Shown here one piece after another: positions 53,255 through 64,000 of a stretch of DNA of 64,000 bases. Every line of letters starts with the position of its first letter. Position 1 is the stretch's first letter. The translations under genes were made by a program, and so were the position numbers. The DNA is from Octopus vulgaris. Its lineage: Eukaryota. The notes under the pieces were generated by a model. That model did not search any database, was not told the origin of the DNA, and was given only the letters and a program-made list of their open reading frames with translations. The stretch is taken from positions 27,280,001-27,344,000 of the forward strand of contig OX597831.1 in assembly GCA_951406725.2 (NCBI GenBank), given 5' to 3'.

Positions 53255-54403
53255 GTTATTGTTCAGGTCACTGCATGGAATTGAACTCAGAATCTTGGGG
53301 TTAGTAGCCCATGCTTTAAACCACTATGCCATATGCCTCGTTGTTGTTTTTCTTTTTCATGATGATGACAATGATGGTCTTTTCTACTAGAAACACACGG
53401 CTTGAAATTTTGCGGGTGGGGAGGTGTCAGTTGATTACATCGATCCCAGTACACAACTGGTACATCTTTTATCATTCCTGAAAGGATGAAAGGTGCTTTG
53501 CATTGTTTCTAAGCTTTCAAATGATGCCACCCCACAGGGCTAAGCGTGCAGGCCAACATGCCTCCGTATCAGAAGGCTACTCTGTTGCAGAGGTAACCCA
53601 CTTATAGCCGAGTGGACTGGAGCAATGTGAAATGAAGTGTTTTGCTCAAGAACACAATCGGTCTGGGAATTGAACTCATGGTTACCAGATTGTGAGTGTA
53701 GTACCCTAACTGCTAGGCCACATGCTTCCACACCTAGACTTATATACTTTTAGCTTAATTCTCAAAAAGAATTACATGCACACACACACACACACATATA
53801 CACACACAGAGCGCTAATGGATTTCCATCGTTTGACATGATGATTCAGTTGGTTAATCTATTGAATTACCTACTCCTGAATTAGAATATAAGTGGCTGAG
53901 TATTCCACAGACAGATGTTCCCTTAATATGATTCTGAAGCAGAAACAGCATGACACAATGTGTATGACAAACCTATCTTTGGATTACAGATACAGAGTTC
54001 CACTCAGTAGGCTTCTATACATTTTCCATTTACCCAGTTTGACATACGAGTCATGGATTATTCTGAGTCTACAGAAAATGACATTTGCCCTCAGTGCCAT
54101 GTAATAAGATTGAACTCAGAACCTCAGGGTTGTGAACTGAACGTCTAAACTATTTGCCATGTGGGACACATGCATGAATCGAAAGTGAATGTATACAGAT
54201 GTATTCGTTTAGACATGTGCATGTGCGGAGATGTACATGCGTGTGTGGATGTGTGTATATATGTGCCCTGACCTTTGAAGAGCAGTGAATGTAACAGGAA
54301 CCTCTGAAATTCAATCTGCCAATCCTTCTCTCGGTAATAATATACCCCACTCCATACATAAACACACACACTCACCACTCGCTATAATACACACGTCAGG
54401 CAT
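15737..54403 (-). CDS. SHTN1: Shootin-1-like gene, spliced model of up to 17 exons, about 488 aa
   Basis: Exon phases chain without frameshift: 28+62+61+95+166+98+82+95+147+154+97+53+104+57+106+57+5 = 1467 nt. Protein: long coiled coil with two ExxCRxEAExYA repeats, [17 protein letters not shown], poly-Pro tract, [17 protein letters not shown] and AIDELKNLM. These match recalled vertebrate shootin-1 motifs (CRESAEALATK, KRQSHLLL..DQQLLKALD, DLKRQAVEEMMDRIKKG, AVDELKGIL). Confidence 0.88.
16250..16395 (-). mobile_element. CR1-type LINE ORF2 C-terminal fragment
   Basis: [30 protein letters not shown] contains the CR1 TRGH..K motif. Confidence 0.65.
17121..17177 (-). CDS. SHTN1: SHTN1-like exon ([19 protein letters not shown])
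   Basis: tttttcag / gtgagc, 57 nt, phase 1 to 1. If the donor is unused the frame runs on to TAG at 17047-17049. Confidence 0.65.
18849..19224 (-). mobile_element. tRNA-headed, hammerhead-bearing element: full copy 18849-19117 plus inverted partial 19118-19224
   Basis: A box TGGCGTAGTGG, B box GTTCGATTCC, CTGAAGA..GAAA core. TSD tatcaatatt at 18838-18847 and 19227-19236. Confidence 0.8.
19278..19575 (+). mobile_element. SINE family D (different head, tail shared with family C)
   Basis: gaaggcacgtg..gagttcagttctc..ccttgagcaagacac. Copies on minus at about 1694-1960, 61945-62260, 63478-63805. Confidence 0.8.
19770..20150 (+). mobile_element. CR1-type LINE 3' end
   Basis: [20 protein letters not shown] (R..FF..RV...WN.LP), then 3'UTR and (TTA)n tail. 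Confidence 0.7.
20365..21005. repeat. Degenerate minisatellite, unit of about 20-22 bp (acatagatatggtacctt-like)
   Basis: Roughly 25-30 diverged units. Confidence 0.85.
22045..22150 (-). CDS. SHTN1: SHTN1-like exon ([35 protein letters not shown])
   Basis: cttccctcacag / gtgagc, 106 nt, phase 0 to 1. EL..V.R resembles the long-isoform actin-binding segment (ELERILRRR). Confidence 0.8.
23079..23267. mobile_element. Same family, two inverted 5'-truncated pieces inserted in a SINE
   Basis: TSD aaagtaccaact at 23067-23078 and 23268-23279. Confidence 0.75.
23577..23928 (-). mobile_element. Family E retroposon with (GAT)n tail and internal tandem repeat of about 59 bp
   Basis: Tail ggacgctaaatgatgatgatg; three units of ggtgcttttacgtgccacc. 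Copies at about 44630-44775, 48165-48305, 54603-54847, 62668-62800. Confidence 0.8.
24208..24700 (+). mobile_element. Retroelement 3' segment inserted in (TAA)n
   Basis: About 480 bp shared with 30727-31320 (minus); (AAT)n tail and (TAA)n on both sides. Confidence 0.7.
26140..26535 (-). mobile_element. CRE-clade non-LTR retrotransposon fragment (restriction-like endonuclease domain)
   Basis: [53 protein letters not shown] matches LEP.GL...DGKRPDG..L.PW..G..L.WD.T..D...AA..AE..K..KY. Confidence 0.75.
30650..30706 (-). CDS. SHTN1: SHTN1-like exon ([19 protein letters not shown])
   Basis: ctctttcag / gtaagt, 57 nt, phase 0 to 0; A(V/I)DELK motif. Confidence 0.9.
30727..31320 (-). mobile_element. 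Second, longer copy of the (TAA)n-associated retroelement
   Basis: Reverse complement of 24208-24690 plus extra 5' sequence; abuts (TAT)n at 31323. Confidence 0.7.
31417..31520 (-). CDS. SHTN1: SHTN1-like exon ([35 protein letters not shown]), WH2-like segment
   Basis: atccacag / gtatgt, 104 nt, phase 1 to 0; EEMMxRI motif. Confidence 0.92.
32805..32857 (-). CDS. SHTN1: SHTN1-like exon ([17 protein letters not shown])
   Basis: cttcgacag / gtaagg, 53 nt, phase 2 to 1. Confidence 0.85.
33292..33675 (+). mobile_element. SINE family C (tRNA-Arg-like head)
   Basis: A box tggcccagtgg, B box gtttcgattcc; TSD acataataagt at 33279-33289 and 33676-33686. Copies at 55008-55388 and 62910-63290. Confidence 0.88.
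34571..34667 (-). CDS. SHTN1: SHTN1-like proline-rich exon ([14 protein letters not shown]12-LPPQNSK)
   Basis: ttccatcag / gtaagt, 97 nt, phase 1 to 2. The poly-Pro uses mixed codons (CCA/CCT/CCG), so it is not a pure microsatellite. Confidence 0.9.
35248..35584. mobile_element. hAT-type MITE
   Basis: Ends cagggttg.. / ..gagaaccactg; 8-bp TSD atgtagag / atgcagag (7 of 8). Confidence 0.6.
35672..35825 (-). CDS. SHTN1: SHTN1-like exon ([16 protein letters not shown]...YESLSKK)
   Basis: cacag / gtaagt, 154 nt, phase 0 to 1; coiled coil. Confidence 0.88.
37005..37151 (-). CDS. SHTN1: SHTN1-like exon ([35 protein letters not shown]...EKE)
   Basis: ccatatcag / gtatgt, 147 nt, phase 0 to 0; KRQS..LL..D..L.KALD motif. 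Confidence 0.92.
37600..39030 (+). mobile_element. Decayed mariner (DD34D) transposon
   Basis: Frameshifted transposase pieces: [54 protein letters not shown]. Probable right TIR near 39005-39030. Left boundary approximate. Confidence 0.9.
38587..38897 (-). mobile_element. tRNA-derived SINE nested in the mariner
   Basis: A/B boxes, (AAAC)n tail, 13-bp TSD acataaagtgatg at 38574-38586 and 38898-38910. Confidence 0.9.
39092..39186 (-). CDS. SHTN1: SHTN1-like exon ([32 protein letters not shown])
   Basis: tttgttccag / gtatgt, 95 nt, phase 1 to 0; resembles AVEEYEEMQ..LRKKAESFA. Confidence 0.9.
39627..39708 (-). CDS. SHTN1: SHTN1-like exon ([27 protein letters not shown])
   Basis: ctacttccag / gtgaat, 82 nt, phase 0 to 1. 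Confidence 0.87.
41568..41665 (-). CDS. SHTN1: SHTN1-like exon ([33 protein letters not shown])
   Basis: tttctcag / gtaagt, 98 nt, phase 1 to 0. Confidence 0.9.
42940..43320. repeat. Compound (TA)n/(TG)n/(TATG)n microsatellite array
   Basis: Direct inspection; one of very many such tracts in the window. Confidence 0.95.
43544..43599 (-). ncRNA. Minimal hammerhead motif (left arm of fold-back, sense to SHTN1 pre-mRNA)
   Basis: Reverse complement reads gtct-CTGATGA-cagaatatcc...gatatccca-GAAA-cagctg-TA-agac. Confidence 0.65.
43818..44218 (+). mobile_element. SINE family A, full length
   Basis: ggcgcaggagtggctgtgtggtaag...gactgaaacaagtaaaagag. Confidence 0.9.
44264..44319 (+). ncRNA. Minimal hammerhead motif (right arm of fold-back)
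   Basis: gtct-CTGATGA-...atatcc..ggatat..-GAAA-cagctg-TA-agac; palindromic stem III, GUA triplet. Confidence 0.65.
45235..46180. repeat. (ATCT/ATCC)n tract with higher-order units of about 20 bp
   Basis: ctacccatctatctacctct and ctacccgtctatccatccat repeats. Confidence 0.9.
46403..46568 (-). CDS. SHTN1: SHTN1-like exon ([19 protein letters not shown]...HYQNQLE)
   Basis: gcttccag / gtaaag, 166 nt, phase 0 to 1; resembles LNKENKTLKRISMLYMAKL. Confidence 0.9.
47063..47373 (+). mobile_element. Same family: inverted tail (47063-47120) followed by tRNA head, body and hammerhead
   Basis: Same consensus as 18849-19224; imperfect 10-bp TSD tatgatatat/tattatatat. Confidence 0.8.
47280..47325 (+). 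ncRNA. Minimal hammerhead motif inside a tRNA-headed element
   Basis: gacac-CTGATGA-a-ggctg...cagct-GAAA-cgtt-gtgtt. Confidence 0.7.
49135..49229 (-). CDS. SHTN1: SHTN1-like exon ([32 protein letters not shown])
   Basis: ttttatttag / gtaagt, 95 nt, phase 1 to 0; CRxEAE shootin motif. Confidence 0.9.
50803..50863 (-). CDS. SHTN1: SHTN1-like exon ([20 protein letters not shown])
   Basis: ctcttttcag acceptor, gtaagt donor, 61 nt, phase 0 to 1, coiled-coil-like. Confidence 0.8.
51572..51956 (-). mobile_element. Non-autonomous Helitron, same family as 662-1060, with internal tandem duplication
   Basis: Same TC start, hairpin and CTAG end, AT insertion site. The block catttttagagagtta...gactcatcgtaga occurs twice. 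Confidence 0.85.
52960..53021 (-). CDS. SHTN1: Candidate SHTN1-like exon ([21 protein letters not shown])
   Basis: tatttcag acceptor, gtgagt donor, 62 nt open, phase 1 to 0 as needed to join the 61-nt exon. Confidence 0.5.
53076..53337 (-). mobile_element. Same family, single copy with tRNA head
   Basis: Head at 53337, (TAA)n linker, mutated hammerhead core, ends at tgtaaataatgtaca. Confidence 0.75.
54376..54403 (-). CDS. SHTN1: Candidate first coding exon of SHTN1-like gene (MPDVCIIAS+G)
   Basis: ATG at 54403 and strong donor G|gtgagt. Phase 1 fits the next candidate exon. No homology support. Confidence 0.4.
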
Positions 54404-54940
54404 GTCTAATTATTGTTTAACTATAATTATAACAAATTAGGAACTTTGTACATTTCAGATTCTCTAGTTTACATAAGCATGTGTGTGTCTGTGTGTGTGT
54501 GTATACATCATCATCATTTAATGTCTGTTGCCCATGCTGGTGGGCTGCACTTTATAGAGCGTGCTGGGTACTTTTAAGTGGTACGGTCAGGCACTTATAT
54601 ATCATCATCATCATCATCATCATCGTTTAACGTCCGTTTTCCGCGCTAGCACGGGTTGGACGGTTTCGACCGGGGTCTGGGGAGCTCGGGACTGCCCCAG
54701 GCTCCAGTCTAGTCTGGCAGTGTTTCTACTGCTGGATGCCCTTCCTAACGCCAACCACTCCGCGAGTGTAGTGGGTGTTTTTTACGTGCCACCTGCACAG
54801 GTGCCAGAGGGGTCTGGCATCGGCCACGTTCGGATGGTGCTTTTTATGTGGTGGTGGGGGGGGTGCAGAAATATAGGGGAGCACCAGTGGGGAGGGGTGG
54901 TTCAGAGAAATGATGACAGGTTCTAGGCAAGTAGAACGTA

Positions 54941-55008
<68 letters not shown>

Positions 55009-55392
55009 GAGGTGCAATGGCCCATTGGTTAGGGCAGCGGACTCACGGTCATGGGATCACAGTTTTGATTCCCAGTCCAGGCATTGTCAGTGTTTATTGG
55101 GCGAAAACACCTAAAGCTTCACGAGGCTCTGGCAGTGGGGTGGCGGTGCCCCCTGCTGTACTTTTTCACCACAACTTTCTCTCACCCTTTCTTCCTATTT
55201 CTGTTGTACCTGTATTTCGAAGGGCCAGACTTGTCACACTCTGTGTCACACTGATTCTCCCCCAAGAACTACGTTAAGGGTACACGTGTCTGTGGAGTGC
55301 TCAGCCACTTGCACGTTAATTTTATGAGCTGGCTGTTCTGTTGATCACATCAACTGGAACCCTCATCATCTTCACTGATGGAGTGCCATGAC

Positions 55393-55442
<50 letters not shown>

Positions 55443-56415
55443 TGTGTGTATATATGTGGGTGAGTCAATGTATGTGGGTATACAAACACCACACATTTAT
55501 ATCCACCAAGGTTGCCCACATTTGATTCTTTGTATGTGAACTCCAGATGTTTTTCTAACCCATGCATAATGGGAAAACGGACTTAAAAGGAATGATGATG
55601 ATGATGTTTTGGTTTAATTATTTATTACAGAAATACCTCGCCATATCGTGGTTTATTATTAAAGCTTTTGTCGATTCCTCCAAGGTGGTGTTTTACATTT
55701 AGAATAAAATAAATATATACAAATTATAAAAATATTCGCAGGAGTGGCTGTGTGGTAAGTAGCTTGCTAACCAACCACATGGTTCTTGGTTCAGTCCCAC
55801 TGCGTGGCATCTTGGGCAAGCGTCTTCTGCTATAGCCCCGGGCCGACCAATGCCTTGTGAGTGGATTTGGTAGACGGAAACTGAAAGAAGCCTGTCGTAT
55901 ATATATGTATATGTATGTGTGTGTGTGTGTTTGTGTGTCTGTGTTTGTCTCCCTAGCATTGCTTGACAACCGATGCTGGTGTTCGGCAAAAGAGACCGAT
56001 AGAATAAGTACTGGGCTTACAAAGAATAAGTCCCAAGGTCGATTTGCTCGACTAAAGGCAGTGCTCCAGCATGGCCGCAGTCAAATGACTGAAACAGGTA
56101 AAAGAGTAAAGAGAGATTTTCACCTATCATGCCGGTGAGGTGACAGGGTGGAACAAAATACCTGCGATAGTCAAGAGATTACTGTATTCTGTACAAACTA
56201 AGCCCCTCCCCTCAAATCTGCACACCTTGTGTCTAAATCAGAAACAATTAACAGCAGTGGACTGGCTGAATCATTAGCGCACAGGACAAGATGCTTTGCA
56301 GCATCTGTTCTAGTTCTTTACATTCTGAGTTCAAATTCTGCCAAGGTCGGCATTGCTTTTTATTCCTCTGAGGTTGGTAAAGTAAGGTGCCACTCCTGAA
56401 AAAATGTAGTAGTTA

Positions 56416-56455
<40 letters not shown>

Positions 56456-57886
56456 GCTGCATCAGTGCCACCATTGTTGCCACTGCCACCACCATCACCA
56501 TTTAATGTCTGTGTATTATGTTTGCTTGGGTTGGATGGTTTGATTAATAGTATCGGATGAGCCACAGGATTGTGTTAACCTCCAGTGCCTAGTTTGGCAC
56601 TGTTGGATACCCCTCCTAATGCCAACCACTTTACAGAGTGTGCTGGGAGCAGATTTTAAAGGCAATTTTCAGTAAAATTCACAAAACAGCTCACAAGATA
56701 TGCTTGAGGCAGGCATAATTTTGAGAGAGATGACTTGGTGCCATGTGTTGAGGGTCTAAAATATGATAGGAGGATACAAACAGGTGAAGAGGAGATACAT
56801 GGCAACCCCAACAGGAAAGAAAGAAAGAATGGTGGAGATGAGATGTCAGGGCATACCCTAAAGGTACAAGAATGTAGTTTAAAAGGGTAGATAAGAAGGG
56901 AACAAGAGTAAAGTATCAAAACAACAAAAAAAATAAACTTAAAATTTACTTTCTATTTATTTTTTAAAATGATATTTATTCCAGCTTCTTACATTCTGAG
57001 TTCAAATCCTGCTGGGGTTGACTTTGCCTTTCATCCATTCTGGGTTGATAAAACAAAGTACCAGTCCAGTATTGGAGTTGATATTATTAACTAATCTCTG
57101 CTTTCCTCAAAATTATTGGCTGTTCCTGAAGCAGAAACCATTTATTTCTTGAAATGTCAAAATGTACATCACACAGCTGTGACCTGGTCATTGACACTAC
57201 AGAACTGTGTCAGAGGTCAGGTATCAGTGATATTTCGTAAAATAAATCTGAACAAAATATTGGCTTCAGATGTTTTACACAAGGCCAGCAATTTAGGAGG
57301 AGGGAGCCAGTCAGTTACATTAACCCCAGTACTCAACTCATACTTATTTTATCGACTCCCCCACCAAAAGGATGAAAGGCAAAGTTAACCTAGGTGGAAT
57401 TTGAACTCGGAATGTATGTAAAGACAACAAAACACTGCTGAGCGTTTTGCCTGGGGTGCAAACAATTCTGCCAGCTTGCCGCCTTAAATCTGAAGAAAAT
57501 ATTGGTTTCAAATTTTGTCACAAGGCCAGAAATTTTGGGGTAGGGGATAAGCCGATTACATCACCTTCAGTTCTCAGCTGGTACTTATTTTTATTGACTC
57601 CGAATGGATGAAAAGCTAAGTCAACTTCCGTTAAATTTGAACTCAGCACATAAAGATGAACAGAATGCCCCTGAACATTTTGCCCGGGGTTCGAACAATT
57701 CTGTCAGCTTGTCGCCTTAAATCTGAAGAAAATATTAAAAGTGAGAAATACTGACTATGTCTGCATTTGCCAAATCCTCAGCCCTTAGCTGGTTCAAAAC
57801 ATTAGAAATAGCAATCAAAACAGTACCACTTTAGCTTGCAGTCAACTTGACCATTTACACTTCAGTGTGATGTCTATTGACACTAC

Positions 57887-58280
57887 TTTTTACTCTTTTA
57901 CTTGTTTCAGTCATTTGACTGTGGCCATGCTGAAGCACTGCCTTTAGTCGAGCAAATCGACCTCAGGACTTATTCTTTGTAAGCCTAGTACTTATTGTAT
58001 TGGTCTCTTTTGCTGAACTGCTAAGTTACGGGGACATAAACACACCACCATCGGTTGTCAAGCGATGTTGGGCGGGACAAACACCGACACACAAACACAC
58101 ACATATATACATATATACGACGGGCTTCTTTCAGTTTCTATCTACCAAATCCACTCACAAGGCTCTGGTCGGCCCGAGGCTATAGTAGAAGACACTTGCC
58201 CAAGGTGCCACACAGTGGGGCTGAACCCAGAACCATGTGGTTGGTAAGCAAGCTACTGACCACACAGCCACTCCTTCGCC
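57887..58280 (-). mobile_element. SINE family A, full length
   Basis: Reverse complement of the family A consensus. Confidence 0.9.
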
Positions 58281-59574
58281 TCTCTAATTTTCTTTAAAAT
58301 CCTTGTGCTAGCATCAAACCATGGTCGTTCAATAACCTGTGGGTATTAGACTGATCAGGTTAGTTTACAGTGTAGACTATGGATACTATGGAAGGCAGAA
58401 TGCTAAACTAGTACCCCCAAAATCTGCTTCAAATCATGTGGTTTAGGATGTACACAACCTAGGAAAATTAAAAAAAAAAAAAAAGAACTGGATGTGATGG
58501 TCATGGTTGGAATGTTTTTGATCATTGATCAGCACAGACTAGGAATTAACTGATTAGCATTCAATTTATTCAGTCAAATGTAATATTTATTTATTCACAT
58601 TCTTTTGAATTGATCGTGCACAATCTTGCAGCTTTGAGATTTTAATGATGTGAGAGTGTTTATTTTTAGAATGACATCTGACCAGTTTGAATATAAAACA
58701 AAATAAAACATTTTGACCAGATATAGCTGGTTTAAGTACTAAAGGGTTAAAGAACAACACCCAGGTCATTGCCACCCTCACCCCCATCTTCCCACCATCA
58801 CCATCATTTATTACCTACTCTACTATTTCACTGTTGTCTACACCCTACCACCATCTATACTCTACATCATCTTGCCATCCAATCAATTCTGCACTTGTTG
58901 CTCCCCCACTGTGATCCCTACATTCCAAGATACCATACTTCCCCTTCACTTCCCCCTCATTTCTCCCACAGAACGACATTTTGTAATCAAAGAGAAGCAT
59001 CCAACAAAAAATTAAAATTAAATTAAATTAAATAAGTAAATAAAATTAAAAGAAACATGCGATGGGCGCTGCCCCATCTTTGTTGGAGTAATGAATGACA
59101 AATAATTTAAAACAAAAATCTAAATATATTTTTTTTAAATATCTCAAAATTCTGTGATAACATCAATGGGGAGAGGTGTGTGATATGTGGCAGATATTTT
59201 TGATAAGCTATTTGATAACACATACCAACTGCTTGCTTCTGTAGGCTAATAAATATTTAAATAGGGACGAGGTGCTTGCAATAACAACAACAACATCAAC
59301 AACAATAATAATAGTGATGTTGATAATGATGATGATGATTTATTTGCCACAGGGGTGACAGATGAAGGGGATATTACAAAGATAGATTACAATTTGTGTT
59401 TTTGGGGTTACATAAAATGAGGTGAAAAGATAACACAGGGGAGAAATGAGGTGACAGATATATTTAGTATAGTAGATATATGATATATGAATACATTTTT
59501 TTAATTCTACAGGGACAAGACCTGATATTCGCAGGGAAGGGGTTAGTCAATTACATCAACCCTAATATTCAACT

Positions 59575-59770
59575 GGTACCAGACCGAAACTGGCTGCCAT
59601 GAGAACAGCTGCCAAGTATTGATGGGCAACCCTATCAAAGGCTTTAGACTGATCTAAACTGATCAGAGTCCCAGCCATGCCAGCTTCATTACCTACCCTC
59701 TCTATGATGTAGCACATGAGGTGGAGGTTGTTGCGAATAGTCCTGGTTGGGATGGCACATGTTTGCACAG
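59575..59770 (-). mobile_element. Tx1/L1-clade reverse transcriptase fragment
   Basis: QTCAIPTRTIRNNLHL...LISLDQSKAFDRVAHQYLAAVL...FG (RT domain 2/3 region). Confidence 0.8.
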
Positions 59771-62700
59771 TAATGATGATGATGATGATGATAATAATAA
59801 TTTCAAATTTTGGCACAAGGCTTGCAATTTCGAAGAAGCAGATAAGTTGATTACATTGACCCCAGTGCATGACTGGTACTTATTTTAACAACTCTGAAAG
59901 GATGGAAGGCAAAGCTGGTCTCATCTAGAGTTGGGGCTCAGAACACAAAAGGTTGGAAGTAATGGCACAAAGCAATCCTGTCAGACATGTTAATGATTCT
60001 GCTAGCTCACTGTAATAAAGGGTTTAGTGGAAGTGCTAAACCAGAATGAAGGATTAAGTTTACCATTCAAAAATAGAAACGGTCCCTCTTTATGGGCTCT
60101 CAATTAAGTTTTGTTCAACCAAATTTCATTTGCAAGACTTTGGTAGAAGACACTTGTACAAGGCGTCACTGAGTGGAATTGAACTTGAAATCCATGAATT
60201 TCCAGAAAAATTTCTTAACCACACAGCTATGACTGAATGGTAAATTAAATCACTGCAAGATTTGAAGTCAGAATGTAAAAGGGACATATATAAACACCAC
60301 AAGGCATTTTGTTTTTTATTTGATGCTCTACCAATTCTTTTAAAGGGATTCTCATGGCTAGAATACCTTTGATAAGAGATCTGCTCAGTTAAGGCTGACC
60401 AAGGGCTAAACATCAACAATAGCAGCTATGTCTGAGCTAATAATATAGATTTCCCGCATTGGGATACAGCCAGAAATTTGACCGTGTGTCTGAGGAAGGG
60501 GATGGTAGCAGGCATAAGCCATTAACATTGATCTCAAACGTAGTTCATTGACCTTAGAGACATGAAAGACAAACCGTTGAGCAACAAAACTATGCAGAGT
60601 AAATCCGCAGTCATTCTGTAAACAGTTGAATAAGCGGAAACTAGCGATGGACTGTGTTGGCAATTAGTGAGGACAGACAGTGCAAATGCGAAATAGATTG
60701 GTGAGTAGTGCAGAAGTTGAAGAGTGAAATGTTTTGTGTAGAACCCTTTGATATAGAAGAGCTAATATCAGCCAATATATATTGTCCGTCTTTATATTCT
60801 GAATTCAGTTTTGGCTGAGGTCAACTTTAACTTTCATCCTTTCAGGGTTGATAAGTCAAGTCCTTTTTATGATAGGCTCAAGGCCTGAAATTTGGTGGGA
60901 GGGGACCAGTCGGTTAGATCGACTCCAGTACGCAACTGATACTTAATTTATCGACCCTCAAAAAGATGAAAGGCAAAGTCGACCTCAGTAGAATTTGAAC
61001 TCAGAACGTAGCGTCGAGCAAAATTTCATCCAGCGTGCTAATGATTCTGCCAGCTCACTGCCTTGATAAGATAAGTACCAGTTGAGCACTTGTGTCGATG
61101 TAATCAACTTACCCACCCCCCTAAACTTGCTGGCCTTGTGCCAAAATGTGAAACCAATATCAGTCAATATCATCAATTAATCCCAATATATTTGGGGTTG
61201 ATATTACAGTTTAATCTAGTTTTTATTAGCTTTAACACTGAGTCATCGCGATAAACATACACAGACATATCGATAGCATGTCCAAAGAATCAATACGATT
61301 TCTAGACAAACAAACACACAGACATATCTAGCAGTACTCTTTCTCTCTCCTCTAACTTGGACCAGATGCAACCATAATGCTATCCTAACAGCATTGCTAC
61401 AACACCATCCCAAGTACAGCATCATTACATCACCCAAACAATACCATGTTTATCAGTACAGACAAACATAAAACACCCATGTACACCATTTATACCCTCT
61501 ATTATATATAATCCAAGTAATGAATTATTAAAGTTTACTTCCCTTAATAACTACAATAATATTATGTACACACTCCAACACAAATTACTAATTAACTATT
61601 AAAGGAACACATAATACAGTTTATTAATTCTATTCTGTAATGGCACTATGTACACACTGTCATATAATTAATTAATTAATTAACCATTATAGGAACTAGT
61701 CGTTAGCAATTATATATTCCTGGTCAGTGTAACTGAATAACTCCAATATTCAATAGCATCTCTGTTAAAAATGGTTCCAACCTCTAAATTAAGATTTGTA
61801 GCACCTTGATGTATTGTACTTATGATATATAGCAGGAATTTTTTTTACATATATGTAACACTAGAATATAACACGCATCATCATCAACACTCACATGTGT
61901 ATTTATACCACAATGGCATATAACACTACACTGACACTCTGCTGGTTATTATGACGATGAGAGTTCCAGTTGATCCGATCAACAATACAGCCAGCTCATG
62001 AAATTAACGTACAAGTGGCTGAGCACTCCACAGACTTGTATACGTCTGGACATAGTTCTCAGGGAGATTCAGTGTGATACAGAATGTGACAAGGCCGACC
62101 CTTTGAAATATAGGTACTACTAATTTTTGGTGGCTGAGTGAAGTGGAACAATGTGAAATAAAGTGTCTTGTTCAAGAACACATGTCACCAGGAATTGAAA
62201 ACACAACCTTACGGTCATGAGCCACTAAGCCATGAGTATTTACACACTCTAACCACTAAGCCATGAGTATTTACAACACTACACAACAGTACAGCTTATA
62301 TAGCACTATTCTATATAATATATATATGTATGTATGTATGTATATGTATATATATACCCATGCTAGCATGGAGAACGGACGTTAAACGACGATGATGATG
62401 ATGGATGATGATATATATATATATATTTATATATATATATGACATTAAAGCAACAAGCTGGCAGAATGGTTAACACACCAGGCAAAGTGCTTAGCTGTAT
62501 TTCGCCTGTCTCTACATTCTGAGTTCAAATTCCACTGAGGTCAATTTTGCCTTTCATCCTTTTGGGGTTGATAAATTAAGTACCACTTGTGTACTGGGGT
62601 CAATTTAATCGACTGGCCCCCTTCCCCAAAATTTCGGGCCTTGTGCCAAGAGTAGAAAAGAATATATATCATCATCATCATCGTTTAATGTCCGTTCTCC

Positions 62701-63299
62701 ATGCTAGCATGGGTTGGACGGTTTGACCAGGGATCTGGGAAGCCAGAAGGCTGCACCAGGCTCCAGTCTGATCTGGCAGTGTTTCTACAGCTGGATGCCC
62801 TTATATAACATTATTTTAATAATAACGGTAAAGTCAATAATGATTTTACCAGGTAGCCAGTGCAGCTACATATAACACTACTCTATAACATAAGTGTATA
62901 TAACACGGTGGAGGTGCAACGGCCCAGTTGGTTAGGGCAGCAGACTCGCGATCATAGAATTGTAGTTTTGATTCCCAGACCAGTCATTGTGAGTGTTTAC
63001 TGAGCGAAAGCACCTAAAACTCCACAAGGCTCCTGTAGGTGGTGGTGGCGAACTTTGTTGTACTCTTTCACCACAATTTTCTCTCACTCTTTCTTCCTGT
63101 TTCTGTTGTACCTGTATTTCAAAGGGGCCAGTCTTGTCACACTCTGTGTCACACTGAATCTCCCCGAGAACTACGTTAAGGGTACATGTGTCTGTGGAGT
63201 GCTCAGTCACTTGCACATTAATTTCACAAGCAGGCTGTTCTGTGGATCAGATCAACTGCAATCCTCATCCTTGTAACCGACGGAGTGCCACAATATATA

Positions 63300-63330
<31 letters not shown>

Positions 63331-64000
63331 ACACTGCACTGTAAATCACTAGTGTATATATATACATATATATATAATCCTACACTACACCACTACTGTA
63401 TATAATATGCATATAACACTATACTATAACATTACAGTATATGATACATATATAACAATACACTATAATATTGCTATAGGAGCACTTCATTGGTTACAAC
63501 AATGAGGGTCCAAGCTGATTTCATGATCAAACGGAACAGTTTGATCATAAAATTAATGTGCAAGTGGTTGAGCACTCTACAGACATGTGAACCCTTAACA
63601 TAGTTCTCAGGGAGATTCAGCATGACAGAGTATGACAAGACTGACCCTTTGAAATACAGATACTACTCATTTTTGCAAGCTGAGTGGACTGGAGCAATGT
63701 GAAATAAAGTGTCTTGCTCAAGGACACAACACGTCGTTGGGAATTGAACTCATAACCTTACAATTGTGGGCTGAATGCCTTAACCACTAAGCCATGTGCT
63801 TTCATGAATATTGGTATATATAGCACATATTGATAATAGGGCCGCTGACTGGCCCCCGTGCCATTGGCACGTAAAAAGCACCATGATCGTTACCAGCATT
63901 GCCTTACTGGCACTTGTGCCGGTGGTACGTGAAAAACAACATTGAGCGAGGGCATTGCCAGTGCCAATGGACTGGCTCCTGTGCAGGTGACACATAAAAA

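Noticed and set aside
57756-57788. 33-nt in-frame minus-strand micro-exon (LRAEDLANADI, cag/gtcagt)
   Set aside because: Splice sites are plausible but there is no homology or linking exon; may be chance.
58553-58750. piggyBac-like end (..aaagggTTAA), also near 35124
   Set aside because: Only one terminus recognisable; no matching TIR/TTAA pair established.

Overview
Eukaryotic, AT-rich, microsatellite- and SINE-saturated DNA. The repeat repertoire suggests a coleoid cephalopod, most likely Octopus (inference). The main gene is a shootin-1 (SHTN1)-like coiled-coil gene on the minus strand, spanning about 54.4 kb to 15.7 kb. I assembled it by hand from up to 17 small GT-AG exons whose phases chain into one frame of about 488 aa. 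The core exons are secure; the two 5'-most exons and the terminal exon are tentative. The rest is mostly transposon-derived: several tRNA-headed SINE families, three short Helitrons, a decayed mariner plus MITEs, and CR1, Tx1/L1, CRE and R4/Dong LINE fragments. There are also many Penelope-like fold-back remnants carrying minimal hammerhead ribozyme motifs. The most unusual object is a family with 4 copies here that joins a Pol III tRNA-like head to a hammerhead-bearing tail and inserts with Penelope-style inverted ends and TSDs, i.e. a candidate Penelope-mobilised, ribozyme-bearing SINE. Almost all ORFs in the supplied track are microsatellite or SINE artefacts.
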